DNA from: Candidatus Gottesmanbacteria bacterium
GTDB taxonomy: Bacteria; Patescibacteriota; Microgenomatia; UBA10105; UBA927
Reading direction: 5' to 3'
DNA: 64,000 bases
Assembly: GCA_963714095.1 (NCBI GenBank)
Contig: OY970230.1
Coordinates: 724,103-788,102 of the forward strand
Shown here: one piece after another, positions 1 through 9,231 of the stretch
Layout: every line of letters begins with the position of its first letter
Position numbering within the stretch: position 1 is the first letter of the stretch
The notes under the pieces: model-generated
What the model was told of the DNA's origin: nothing
Database searches by the model: none
Seen by the model: the letters and a program-made list of their open reading frames with translations, nothing else
Made by a program: the position numbers and the translations under genes

Positions 1-240
1 TTCTCTCCTTCCGACAGGGAAAGCGCATTGCTTTGTCACGATTTGGCAACAATCCGTACCACCGTACCCTTAGAAGGCACTCTAACACCCTTGGGAAGCC
101 TGAATCGGCCGGAGGCTATCAAGGAGCTTACAACGCTCGGTTTCCGGACTATTTTGAAGCGGATTACAGGGGAAGCTAAACCGGAAGAAAAGGAAAAAAA
201 GGAGAAGAAATCAGATAATCAACAGCAGAAATTTTTTTAA
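1..240 (+). CDS. C-terminal part of a probable 5'-3' exonuclease (Pol I N-terminal-like), truncated by the window edge
   Basis: Frame open from base 1; 'ALLCHDLATIRTTVPL...LTTLGFRTILKR' resembles the end of the 5'-3' exonuclease domain. Confidence 0.5.
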   Translation, partial: FSPSDRESALLCHDLATIRTTVPLEGTLTPLGSLNRPEAIKELTTLGFRTILKRITGEAKPEEKEKKEKKSDNQQQKFF

Positions 241-242
241 TT

Positions 243-1286
243 ATGAAAATTGCATTAGTGCATGATCAGCTCGGGGAATTCGGCGGGGCGGAACGGGTGC
301 TTCTTGCGATGTCCGAACTATGGCCGGAGGCACCGATTTATACCGCATACCTGCGCCGCGGTTCGCCGGCATGGGAACGGTTTAAGGATCGTGATATCCG
401 CGTGTCGTGGATGCAACCTTTGGCAAAATTTGCGAGTCCTTTGCGTTTTTTGGCGCCTCTCGTGTGGAATTCATTTAATTTTTCGAAATACGACGTGATT
501 CTTGATTCCTCAAGTTGGTATGTGACGAAAGGATTTGCCAAGAAGGGGAAGGCGATTGAAATTTGCTACTGTCACACGCCCCCGCGGTGGCTTTACGGAT
601 ACCCTACGTCGGTAAACTGGCAGCGGTATGGGGTAGTCCGCGCGTATGCGACGATTGTCGGATTTTTCATGCGGCAGTATGATTTTGAGGCGGCACAAAA
701 AGTGGATTATTTCATCGCCAATTCGCAAGAGACGCAAAAAAGAATCCGGAAATTTTACCGCCGTGATTCGACGGTGATATATCCTCCCGTCGATCTTCCG
801 TCTGTGCCGAAAGTGAAAAAAGAACAGTACTACCTTTTTGTTTCGCGCCCCGTGGGAAGTAAAGGGCTTGAACTTGCCCATGCGGCTTCTCAAAAAATGG
901 GATTTCCGCTAAAAGTTGTAGGGGCCGTAGGGGGTCACGTCTCCGATACCGAACTTGCCAAACTGTATGCAGGCGCGAAAGCCTTTCTGGCGCTGGCGAC
1001 TGATGAGGATTTCGGCATGACGCCCGTTGAGGCGATGAGTATGGGAACGCCGGTCATCGCATATGCCGGAGGAGGGTATACGGAATCGGTGATTGACGGG
1101 AAAACAGGGGTGTTATTTACGGAGCCGACAACGGAAAGCCTGATTGCGGCACTAAAAAAATTTGAAAAAATAAAAATAGATGCAAAAGACTGTCGTGATC
1201 AGGCCAAAAAATTCAGCAAAGAAAGGTTCCAGAAAGAATTACAGACATTCGTGACCGAAAAATTTCATTCCGCCGCTTCCCGTTAG
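243..1286 (+). CDS. GT4 family glycosyltransferase
   Basis: MKIALVHD..GGAERV N-terminus; EDFGMTPVEAM (Ex7E) motif. Confidence 0.9.
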   Translation: MKIALVHDQLGEFGGAERVLLAMSELWPEAPIYTAYLRRGSPAWERFKDRDIRVSWMQPLAKFASPLRFLAPLVWNSFNFSKYDVILDSSSWYVTKGFAKKGKAIEICYCHTPPRWLYGYPTSVNWQRYGVVRAYATIVGFFMRQYDFEAAQKVDYFIANSQETQKRIRKFYRRDSTVIYPPVDLPSVPKVKKEQYYLFVSRPVGSKGLELAHAASQKMGFPLKVVGAVGGHVSDTELAKLYAGAKAFLALATDEDFGMTPVEAMSMGTPVIAYAGGGYTESVIDGKTGVLFTEPTTESLIAALKKFEKIKIDAKDCRDQAKKFSKERFQKELQTFVTEKFHSAASR

Positions 1287-1307
1287 CCTCAAAAACGCGT
1301 ATACTGG

Positions 1308-2228
1308 ATGGGTATGAGCAGCGTTGTTGAGGTTAAAAATCTCACAAAACAGTTCGGCAAATTTGTTGCCGTAGACAGCATTTCCTTCGCAGTTGCCGAG
1401 GGAGAGATTGTGGGGCTTTTGGGGCCCAACGGTGCCGGCAAAACGACAACGATTTTTATGCTTCTTGATCTTATTACGCCGACATGCGGCGAGATTACGC
1501 TCTTTGGTTTAACGTACCGGCGAAGCCGCGAAGCTATTTTACAAAATCTGAATTATTCCTCGACGTATGTGGAGATGGCGCCGAGGCTCACCGTCTGGGA
1601 AAACCTGGTAGTTATGGCGAAACTGTATCGTGTAAAGAATGCCGGTGAGAAAATCCGGGAGTTTGCCAAAACCTTTGGTGTCATGGATTTTTTCTCACAA
1701 AAGCACGAGGATCTTTCCCAGGGTCAGAAAACGCGGGTGTATCTCTGTAAAGCGTTTCTGAACGATCCCAAACTGCTTCTTTTGGATGAGCCGACGGCCA
1801 GTCTTGATCCAGATGTTGCCGTAGTTATCCGGAAAGAGATCGTGCGCGCAAAGGAGAGCGGAACGACAATCCTTTTAACTTCCCATAACATGGCTGAAGT
1901 TGAGGAAGTGTGTGATAGGGTGTTGTTTATCGATCACGGGAAGATACTCGCGGAAGATACGCCCGAGCGCCTGGCAAAAAATGTAAGACAGATACGGGTG
2001 AATCTTATGGTGAAAGACGGACAGAAACGGACGCTCGAATTTACAAAAAAAGCCGGATTCGGAGCAGTTGCCCAAGGGAGATTCGTCACCGTTTCGGTTG
2101 ATGAACAGGATATTGCGTACCTTTTGTCGGGATTGGCAGAGTTGGGAGTCGAATATAGTGAAATATCCATAGATAAGCCGACATTGGAAGATTATTTTAT
2201 CAAGATGACAGGGAGGCGGGCATTATGA
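1308..2228 (+). CDS. ABC transporter ATP-binding protein
   Basis: Walker A GPNGAGKTT, LSQGQ signature, Walker B LLLLDEP; start may be 1314. Confidence 0.92.
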   Translation: MGMSSVVEVKNLTKQFGKFVAVDSISFAVAEGEIVGLLGPNGAGKTTTIFMLLDLITPTCGEITLFGLTYRRSREAILQNLNYSSTYVEMAPRLTVWENLVVMAKLYRVKNAGEKIREFAKTFGVMDFFSQKHEDLSQGQKTRVYLCKAFLNDPKLLLLDEPTASLDPDVAVVIRKEIVRAKESGTTILLTSHNMAEVEEVCDRVLFIDHGKILAEDTPERLAKNVRQIRVNLMVKDGQKRTLEFTKKAGFGAVAQGRFVTVSVDEQDIAYLLSGLAELGVEYSEISIDKPTLEDYFIKMTGRRAL

Positions 2229-3013
2229 ACTCTCAACGGGTCGGCGCCATAATACTTAAGACCTGGCATAATTCCAAACGCGATGTGTTTAGGATTTTTG
2301 ATATCTTCTGGTGGCCGGCATTTGAGCTGTTCATTTGGGGAATTTTCAGTGTCTTTTTATCCCGAACCAGTACGAGTGGGGTGAATATTATCACCCTACT
2401 GTTGGGTGGTATTATTCTCTGGACGTTTTTTGACCGGTCCAGCCGGGATATATCGATTTCCATGATCGATGAACTCTGGAGCCGGAATTTTGTGAACCTG
2501 TTCTCCACACCGCTTTCTATGGCGGAATATCTTGCGGGAGTTGCGATTGTAGCAGTTATTAAACTTATCGTTTCCATGGTGTTTATGTTCTTTTTGGCCA
2601 ACGTGTTTTACGGGTTTCAAATTGCCTCCTTCGGTTTCTACCTCGTTCCTGCGGCAGCCGGGCTGGTCGTGTTCGGCTGGGCTTTAAGCTTAATTGTGCA
2701 GGGATTTATCATGCGGTTCGGTCATACCGTGGAAGTGTTTATCTGGGCCGTGGCTATCCTGGTTCAGCCGCTTTCCTGTGTGTTTTATCCGGTTTCGGTG
2801 CTGCCGGGATGGGCACAGCACGTCGCGTATTTTTTGCCGACAACCTATTTTTTTGAAAATATGCGGCAGCTGATGACTACACACACAATAAACGGGGTAC
2901 AGATTCTGACTGCATACGGTCTGGACGCTCTCTATTTGCTTTTGGCTCTACTCTTTTTCTATGCCTCTTACCGTCAGGCGAAAAATAGCGGGAACCTGAT
3001 TAAAAATTATTAA
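2225..3013 (+). CDS. ABC-2 type permease
   Basis: About 6 TM segments, 'SCVFYPVSVLPGWAQHVAYFLPTTY'; ATGA overlap with the ATPase gene. Confidence 0.88.
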   Translation: MNSQRVGAIILKTWHNSKRDVFRIFDIFWWPAFELFIWGIFSVFLSRTSTSGVNIITLLLGGIILWTFFDRSSRDISISMIDELWSRNFVNLFSTPLSMAEYLAGVAIVAVIKLIVSMVFMFFLANVFYGFQIASFGFYLVPAAAGLVVFGWALSLIVQGFIMRFGHTVEVFIWAVAILVQPLSCVFYPVSVLPGWAQHVAYFLPTTYFFENMRQLMTTHTINGVQILTAYGLDALYLLLALLFFYASYRQAKNSGNLIKNY

Positions 3014-3034
3014 ACATAGGTCAGGTTTGGGTGT

Positions 3035-3063
3035 TTGACAAATGATACTTCTTCCCGTAAGAT
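3035..3063 (+). promoter_or_regulatory. sigma70-type promoter of pyrH-recF
   Basis: TTGACA-17bp-TAAGAT. Confidence 0.6.
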
Positions 3064-3106
3064 AACAACTACACGCGCCGTCAGCGCGTTTTTCGAGGAA
3101 AAAGAA

Positions 3107-3808
3107 ATGGTTGACCAGAATAACACATTTGTTTTATCCGTCGGGGGATCGCTTATTGTCCCCGGCGGCATTGTCGATACCAAATTTTTGAGTGAATTTA
3201 ACACTTTCATTCGCAACCAAGTCTCCGCAAAAAAGCGGAGATTTTTTATTGTCATCGGCGGCGGATCGATTGCAGGGAAATATATTGATGCTGCCAAAGA
3301 CGTACGCGGGAAAGAACTGACGGATGCGGATAAAGACTGGCTCGGTATCCATGCCACCAGACTCAACGCCCAACTGGTGCGTACTATTTTTCAGGATATT
3401 GCAGATCCGCGGGTTATCAAACACTACGAAATAATCCTTAAAATTGATAAGCCTGTTGCAATCGCCGCAGGATGGAAGCCGGGTTGGAGCACGGACTACG
3501 ACGCCGTGACGCTCTGTGAAGATTACGGCGTCCGGTTCGTTGTGAATTTAACGAATATTGATAAAGTCTACGATAAAGATCCTAAATCATTTCCCGATGC
3601 CAAACCCATTGATACCATTACGTGGAAGGCATATCGGGAGATGGTCGGAGACACATGGAGCCCGCGCATGAACGCACCATTTGATCCGATTGCCTCGCGC
3701 TTGGCCCAGGAATTGGGTGTAACGGTGAAAATATTGAACGGAAAAGATTTGGATAACCTTGCCCGGGCATTGGATAATAAGGAATTCCACGGCACAACGA
3801 TCGCATGA
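3107..3808 (+). CDS. pyrH: UMP kinase (archaeal-type)
   Basis: VLSVGGS, VIGGG, DWLGIHATRLNA, PGWSTD, TNIDKVYDKDP, PFDPIA; ATG at 3107 lies downstream of the promoter. Confidence 0.9.
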   Translation: MVDQNNTFVLSVGGSLIVPGGIVDTKFLSEFNTFIRNQVSAKKRRFFIVIGGGSIAGKYIDAAKDVRGKELTDADKDWLGIHATRLNAQLVRTIFQDIADPRVIKHYEIILKIDKPVAIAAGWKPGWSTDYDAVTLCEDYGVRFVVNLTNIDKVYDKDPKSFPDAKPIDTITWKAYREMVGDTWSPRMNAPFDPIASRLAQELGVTVKILNGKDLDNLARALDNKEFHGTTIA

Positions 3809-4848
3809 TTCTTTCGGATTGCACGCTCACCCACATTCGCAGTTATACAAAGTGCGCATTTACCTTTTCCCCGTCGACAACGCTCATTCTTGGCCCAAAT
3901 ACTGCGGGTAAAACAAATATCCTTGAGGCAATTATGCTATTGGCAATAGGGAAAAGTTTCCGGGCCGATGCCGACCGGGAAATGATTACCTGGGGTGAAG
4001 AGTTGGGTAGGGTAAAGGCAACTGTCGGGGATACGAAACTCGAGTTATTGATAACGAGCGGCATGGTTGGCCGTGCAAAGGCGCCGCTCAAAAAATATCT
4101 GGTAAACGGGATTGCGCGCCGCCAGGTGGATTTTATTGGGGTACTGCGTGCCGTGCTGTTTTGGCCGGAACACCTAGAACTGGTGACCGACAGTCCCAGC
4201 ATACGCCGTAAATATCTGGATAGCGTTCTTGTACAGGTGGACCGGGAATACAGAAGGAACCTCCAATCGTATGAACGCGGACTACGGCAAAGAAACAGAC
4301 TTTTGGATTTAATTAATGAGGGGAAAGCACATCATCATCAGCTTCAATTTTGGGACCAACTGCTTATCAAGGCGGGGGGCTATATAACCGATAAACGAAC
4401 GGTCTATATAGATTTTATTAATCACTATTCAGTATTCCCGATTCATTATTCGGTATCATATGATAAAAGCGTCATTTCTCAGTCACGATTGGATCAGTAC
4501 AAAGACGAAGAAGTTGCTGCCAAATCCACACTCGTGGGGCCGCACCGGGATGATTTCCTTTTTACAAAACAGGATCTTGATTTAAGTAAATACGGGAGCC
4601 GAGGAGAACAAAGACTCGCCATAGTATGGCTGAAACTGGCGGAACTGGCGTTTATTGAGAAAGAATCGGGAGAGCGGCCGCTTTTAATCCTCGATGATAT
4701 CTTTTCAGAATTGGATGTGGCGCACCGGACGCTTGTTCTTGAGGTTCTCGGCAAGCAGCAGACGATTGTCAGCTCCGCGGAGGAAGAGGTGTTGTATTTG
4801 TTTAAAAAACATCATATTCAGGCAGAGATTATCCGTTTAGGTGTGTAA
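3805..4848 (+). CDS. recF: DNA replication/repair protein RecF
   Basis: GPNTAGKTNILEAI, GPHRDD, GSRGEQR, LILDDIFSELD. Confidence 0.93.
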   Translation: MILSDCTLTHIRSYTKCAFTFSPSTTLILGPNTAGKTNILEAIMLLAIGKSFRADADREMITWGEELGRVKATVGDTKLELLITSGMVGRAKAPLKKYLVNGIARRQVDFIGVLRAVLFWPEHLELVTDSPSIRRKYLDSVLVQVDREYRRNLQSYERGLRQRNRLLDLINEGKAHHHQLQFWDQLLIKAGGYITDKRTVYIDFINHYSVFPIHYSVSYDKSVISQSRLDQYKDEEVAAKSTLVGPHRDDFLFTKQDLDLSKYGSRGEQRLAIVWLKLAELAFIEKESGERPLLILDDIFSELDVAHRTLVLEVLGKQQTIVSSAEEEVLYLFKKHHIQAEIIRLGV

Positions 4849-4865
4849 TTGTGTAAAATAGACGT

Positions 4866-5663
4866 ATGGAAACTGTGACAATGGATGATCTCAAAAAAAT
4901 ACACGTGCCGCGGCCTGGTTCTCATAAAGGCCAGAATGGCAGGCTGCTTGTGATCGGCGGGTCACATCTGTTTCATGCCGCCAGTCTCTGGGCGCTCACC
5001 GTGGCCTCGCGGATTGTAGACCTCGTTCATTATTCTTCGGTGCCGGAAAACAATGCGATTGTACACGAGGAAAAGAAAGAATTCCGTAATGGCATTGTCA
5101 TTCCGCGAGGAGAGTTGGATCCCTATATTCAGGAAGATGACTGCATTCTTATCGGCCCGGGTATGACGCGGGACGCGGAAACGGAAACAGTTACGAATAC
5201 GTTATTTACAAAGTATCCGGATAAACAGTGGGTCGCGGACGCGGGAGCGCTCCAAATGATGGATCTCACCAAAATTCCAAAAGGTGCAATTCTGACGCCG
5301 CATCACGCGGAATATGCCCATGCGTTTGGTACACAAGAAATCTCAAGTGCGGCAAAAAAATATCACTGTATCATCCTTTTAAAAGGGGAGAAGGATATTG
5401 CATGTAACGCGGATGGACAGTGCCGCCAGATTCTCGGCGGAAATCCCGGAATGACCAAAGGAGGCACAGGGGACGTGCTGGCCGGCCTGATTGCAGCTTT
5501 AGCCTGTACCAACGATCCATTTTTGTCAACAATAGCGGGAAGTTTCATCAACAAAAAGGCTGGAGATGAACTTTATCAAATGGTGGGTCCCTATTTTAAT
5601 GCAACGGATTTGGCGAACCAGATTCCGTTGACGATGAAAGAACTTCTTATAGGCAGGCCATAG
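4866..5663 (+). CDS. nnrD: NAD(P)H-hydrate dehydratase (YjeF C-terminal domain)
   Basis: SHKGQNGRLLVIGGS, IGPGM, DAGAL, LTPH, GGTGDVLAG. Confidence 0.88.
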   Translation: METVTMDDLKKIHVPRPGSHKGQNGRLLVIGGSHLFHAASLWALTVASRIVDLVHYSSVPENNAIVHEEKKEFRNGIVIPRGELDPYIQEDDCILIGPGMTRDAETETVTNTLFTKYPDKQWVADAGALQMMDLTKIPKGAILTPHHAEYAHAFGTQEISSAAKKYHCIILLKGEKDIACNADGQCRQILGGNPGMTKGGTGDVLAGLIAALACTNDPFLSTIAGSFINKKAGDELYQMVGPYFNATDLANQIPLTMKELLIGRP

Positions 5664-6333
5664 CGGTGCACGCAACCTGCCCTGATTCGCATGTGCACGA
5701 ATTGCATTTATCAGGGAACTGTTCCCCGTTTTTATACGTTTTTCCATTATATTGACAGTCTAAATTGTTACCCCTTTTAAGGGCGGGGCATGGGGCGCAT
5801 ACACCGATGTTTTGTGCTGAGCAGGTGCTTGGCCGCAGAGATGTGTAATTTTTTTCTTGATCGAAAACTACCCATCCGTTTGTTCCGATTTGCGACGCGT
5901 CAACCATAGTAGGGCATGAACAACACTGTGTTAACTGAATGCCTAACACCTGTTGTGATACTTTTGTATCTGGTGTTGGAGAGGGAGGCAGAAGATTTTG
6001 TTGTTCTTCCGGCGTCAGCGGCTGGGTAAACTGTTTTCCGTCGCGGGTTACACACACAGGCGGGTACATAGCCTCAATGACACTGCCGGGGGCTTTGCTA
6101 CACGCCTCAAACGTTGTTATTGCAGCCTGCTGTTTTTTCTGCAGGTATTGATAGGCAAAATATCCGGCGGCTTCAAGTGAAAGAAGGACAATAAGAACAA
6201 TCAGCACTGTCACAAGAGTATTTTTTGGTTTGGCGGGTGTGATAGGCGGTGGTATAGAAGGCACTGGTATCACTGGTTGTGGAGCGGGTTGAGCTATCGG
6301 AGGAGCCGTAGCTTGAACATCGGGAGTACCCAT
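5647..6333 (-). CDS. Single-TM surface protein with Cys-rich modules and a C-terminal VWC/pacifastin-like domain
   Basis: Pro-rich N-tail, one TM, 'FEACSKAPGS..YPPVC', C-terminal CQYNGKTY..CNSCTC..CTAMAC. Confidence 0.7.
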   Translation of the reverse strand: MGTPDVQATAPPIAQPAPQPVIPVPSIPPPITPAKPKNTLVTVLIVLIVLLSLEAAGYFAYQYLQKKQQAAITTFEACSKAPGSVIEAMYPPVCVTRDGKQFTQPLTPEEQQNLLPPSPTPDTKVSQQVLGIQLTQCCSCPTMVDASQIGTNGWVVFDQEKNYTSLRPSTCSAQNIGVCAPCPALKRGNNLDCQYNGKTYKNGEQFPDKCNSCTCESGQVACTAMACL

Positions 6334-6345
6334 GGCTTAAGTGTA

Positions 6346-7686
6346 TCACACTTCTATCCAGCGTCCAGCGGATTTTTTAACACGTTGCCAGAAGGCATTT
6401 TGGCGGCACAGACGCGACACATCCTCCTTATTTTTTAAGAGTAATTTAATGCTTTCCTCAAGCCACAGATTACCTTGTGAACCTTTGAAAAGAATAATAG
6501 AACGGCGAGGAATATTCGATAGTGCCTGGTTTAGTTCGATGACTGAAGGAAACCACTCAACGTGTGTAAGAGTTTTTTGAACGATTGGCAAAATAAAACG
6601 TTTCGTTAATGGACCAACTACATAAAGAGTGTCGGGAATCGTTCTGACGGCATGTGCCACCGCTTCATGCTCGAGTTGTGACTCGTTACCTAACTCCAGC
6701 ATGTCGGCAAGCACAACAACCGCATGTCTTTTTGTTTCTCTTTTCAGTGTTTCGGTCATTTCCAGAAATGAAAGGACGGAAGGTTTGGATGCGTTGTAGG
6801 AAGAGTCGATAATGATGGAATCATTTTTTCCCGGAAAAATGCTTTCGCGGCCCCGCGGAGGTACAAAATTTCTCTCCAGATTCTTTTGGATACTATCAAC
6901 AGGAATGTTGAGTCGGTTAGCCGTAAGAATGGCCGGCGCAAACACAGAAGCGAGTTCTTGCGGGAACGCGTATCCCTTGAATTGAAGAGTGATAGGCGTA
7001 TCGCCGAGCTTGTAGGAAAAAATCGTTTTTTTCGAATCGAGCTCATAATCAGTTATACCGATAGTTGCGTCTTTTTTGATACCAAACGTAAGGGCGCCAG
7101 GAAGTGCTTTCGTAAGATATGGATTATCTCCGTTAACGATTTTAATGCTACATGTTTCAAGCATTTTTGCATCTTCTTTGGTTATTGCTTGAATTAAAAG
7201 TTCGAGGCGTTCCGTATCTGATACGACGACATTGGGTCCGAAAATTTTTTCGAATTGCATTGTATGGGCTGCAGACTCTTCTGTGATAATGCCGATATCG
7301 GGTTTGACGATTGTAAGGAGGTACTCCATGTTTTTTGGGGGATACGGGTCATCAATACCCATTTCAACAATAATAAATTTTATATTTTTTAAAAATCCGA
7401 TGCGCAGCGGTGCCATAACCATCATACGGATCCAATCGAGAGGAGAGTAGTCCTTTGGGAATAACCCTACGAGTCCTAAAGGGACACCGGTTTCGGAATT
7501 ACCGGAAACCATATGGGTCGGAGCAATATCTTTTAAGATTGAAAACAAAGCCTCGCGAGTGCTGGTTTTCCCCACTGATCCTGCGATGCCTATGACCGTC
7601 GCCCGGCTGCGGGAAAGTGCCAAACGTCCGATAGCACGTAAATACCAGAGGACAAAAGGCACAAGAAATAACTTCACTCTTTTCAT
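6346..7686 (-). CDS. murF: Mur ligase, MurF-like
   Basis: GSVGKTST, IVEMG, IIDSSYNA, DMLELG, KGS. Confidence 0.8.
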   Translation of the reverse strand: MKRVKLFLVPFVLWYLRAIGRLALSRSRATVIGIAGSVGKTSTREALFSILKDIAPTHMVSGNSETGVPLGLVGLFPKDYSPLDWIRMMVMAPLRIGFLKNIKFIIVEMGIDDPYPPKNMEYLLTIVKPDIGIITEESAAHTMQFEKIFGPNVVVSDTERLELLIQAITKEDAKMLETCSIKIVNGDNPYLTKALPGALTFGIKKDATIGITDYELDSKKTIFSYKLGDTPITLQFKGYAFPQELASVFAPAILTANRLNIPVDSIQKNLERNFVPPRGRESIFPGKNDSIIIDSSYNASKPSVLSFLEMTETLKRETKRHAVVVLADMLELGNESQLEHEAVAHAVRTIPDTLYVVGPLTKRFILPIVQKTLTHVEWFPSVIELNQALSNIPRRSIILFKGSQGNLWLEESIKLLLKNKEDVSRLCRQNAFWQRVKKSAGRWIEV

Positions 7687-7952
7687 GACGGATTTTCCAG
7701 CTTATCAATAAATTTCGTAAGTTGGTACGTGATGGTAACGGCAATTACCGTGACGATGATCGCATAAATCAAAAGCGATAAAAGTCCGCTGCCGGAGGGC
7801 AAATAGGGTTTTATCTGGGTTGCGACGAATTCCTGTATGACGTTATTCCAAGCCAGAGCCGCTACCAATCCGAAACCGCTCGCGGCTAATGCAAGCATTT
7901 GTTTAAGAATTAGCAGGTGTAAACGCTTTCTATGTTGATTTTCTTGAGCCAT
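7683..7952 (-). CDS. Small 2-TM membrane protein (DUF5654-like)
   Basis: GFGLVAALAWN motif. Confidence 0.75.
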   Translation of the reverse strand: MAQENQHRKRLHLLILKQMLALAASGFGLVAALAWNNVIQEFVATQIKPYLPSGSGLLSLLIYAIIVTVIAVTITYQLTKFIDKLENPS

Positions 7953-7978
7953 GCGGTTATTATACAGGAAATATAAAT

Positions 7979-9031
7979 ATGTACACTCCTAAGTTTACCA
8001 TTACCAATAAAATCCTCAAATACATCGGCATCGTTGAGTCGGCGCGCGAGGTTATAGAGAATGCGCCGCTGGTGCCCGCTTGGGAAGCGAAATTCCGAGA
8101 AGAGGCGCTTGTCCGGACTGTCCACCACGGAACTCACATTGAAGGCAATGAGCTTAACTTTACCGAAGCGGAAAAAGTGCTCGCCGGAGCTACGATTGTC
8201 GGCCGCGACCGGGATATACAGGAAGTACTCAATTACAGGAATGTTCTCCAGTTTATCGAGCAGTATGACAATAACGAAATTTCGTCTGATACCCTTAAGC
8301 ATATTCATGCACTCACCGTGCACCGCATGCTGGCCGATGATGTGGTGGGGGAATACAGAAGGACACAGGTCGTCGTCAAAAATAGTCAAACCGGAGAGAT
8401 CACATTCCGTCCGCCGCCGGCTGTTGAAATTCCGTTTCTTATTGATGCGTTTCTGCGCTGGCTTAATGGCGTGGGTCCGGACGACATGCACGCAGTCCTC
8501 AAAGCCGGCGCCACCCACTACGAGCTGGTGCGCATCCATCCGTTTTTGGACGGCAACGGACGAGTAGCGAGGGCTGCCGCAACACTGGTCCTCTTCAAAC
8601 AAGGGTATGACATCAAGCGATTTTTTTCACTTGAGGAATATTATGACCGCGAACCACTGGCCTACTACGATGCGCTGCAGAGTGTCGCGAAAGCGGACGG
8701 CAACCTTACAAACTGGCTGGAATATTTTACCGAGGGGCTCGCGATTGAGCTTACCCGCATCAAAGAGAAAGTGAAGTCACTTTCAACAGATCTCAAAATT
8801 AAAAAATCGCTGGGCGGTCAACAGTTGGCACTTTCCGAGCGTCAGATTAAAGTGGTCGAGTTTATCCAGGAGAACGGATTTTTACAGAACAAAGCGTTTT
8901 TTGAACTCTTCCCCATGATTTCCGAAGACACGGTACTTCGGGAAATCAAGGATCTCATCAAAAAAGGGATCCTGCGTAAAGAAGGCTCCACTAAAGGCGT
9001 CAAGTACGTCTTGACGATCGGGGGAGAGTAA
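7979..9031 (+). CDS. Fic family protein with C-terminal winged HTH
   Basis: HPFLDGNGRVAR catalytic motif; THIEGN inhibitory-type motif; C-terminal SEDTVLREIKDLIKKG. Confidence 0.92.
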   Translation: MYTPKFTITNKILKYIGIVESAREVIENAPLVPAWEAKFREEALVRTVHHGTHIEGNELNFTEAEKVLAGATIVGRDRDIQEVLNYRNVLQFIEQYDNNEISSDTLKHIHALTVHRMLADDVVGEYRRTQVVVKNSQTGEITFRPPPAVEIPFLIDAFLRWLNGVGPDDMHAVLKAGATHYELVRIHPFLDGNGRVARAAATLVLFKQGYDIKRFFSLEEYYDREPLAYYDALQSVAKADGNLTNWLEYFTEGLAIELTRIKEKVKSLSTDLKIKKSLGGQQLALSERQIKVVEFIQENGFLQNKAFFELFPMISEDTVLREIKDLIKKGILRKEGSTKGVKYVLTIGGE

Positions 9032-9045
9032 GCGATTATAGAAGT

Positions 9046-9231
9046 ATGAATCTTTCCGGACCGGGTGTGATCTACGCACTCATGATTATTCCTTCCCTGT
9101 TTGTTATTGTTGTCATCGTCCAGGGTATACAAAAATTGGTGAAACATGAGCCGGACGGTAAAGTCGCCATAGGATTTGGCATATTTTTTCTTATACTTAT
9201 CACACTTGCCTACTTTTTGTTCATCAAATGA
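9046..9231 (+). CDS. Small 2-TM hypothetical protein
   Basis: Two hydrophobic stretches; ATGA overlap with the ligase gene. Confidence 0.65.
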   Translation: MNLSGPGVIYALMIIPSLFVIVVIVQGIQKLVKHEPDGKVAIGFGIFFLILITLAYFLFIK

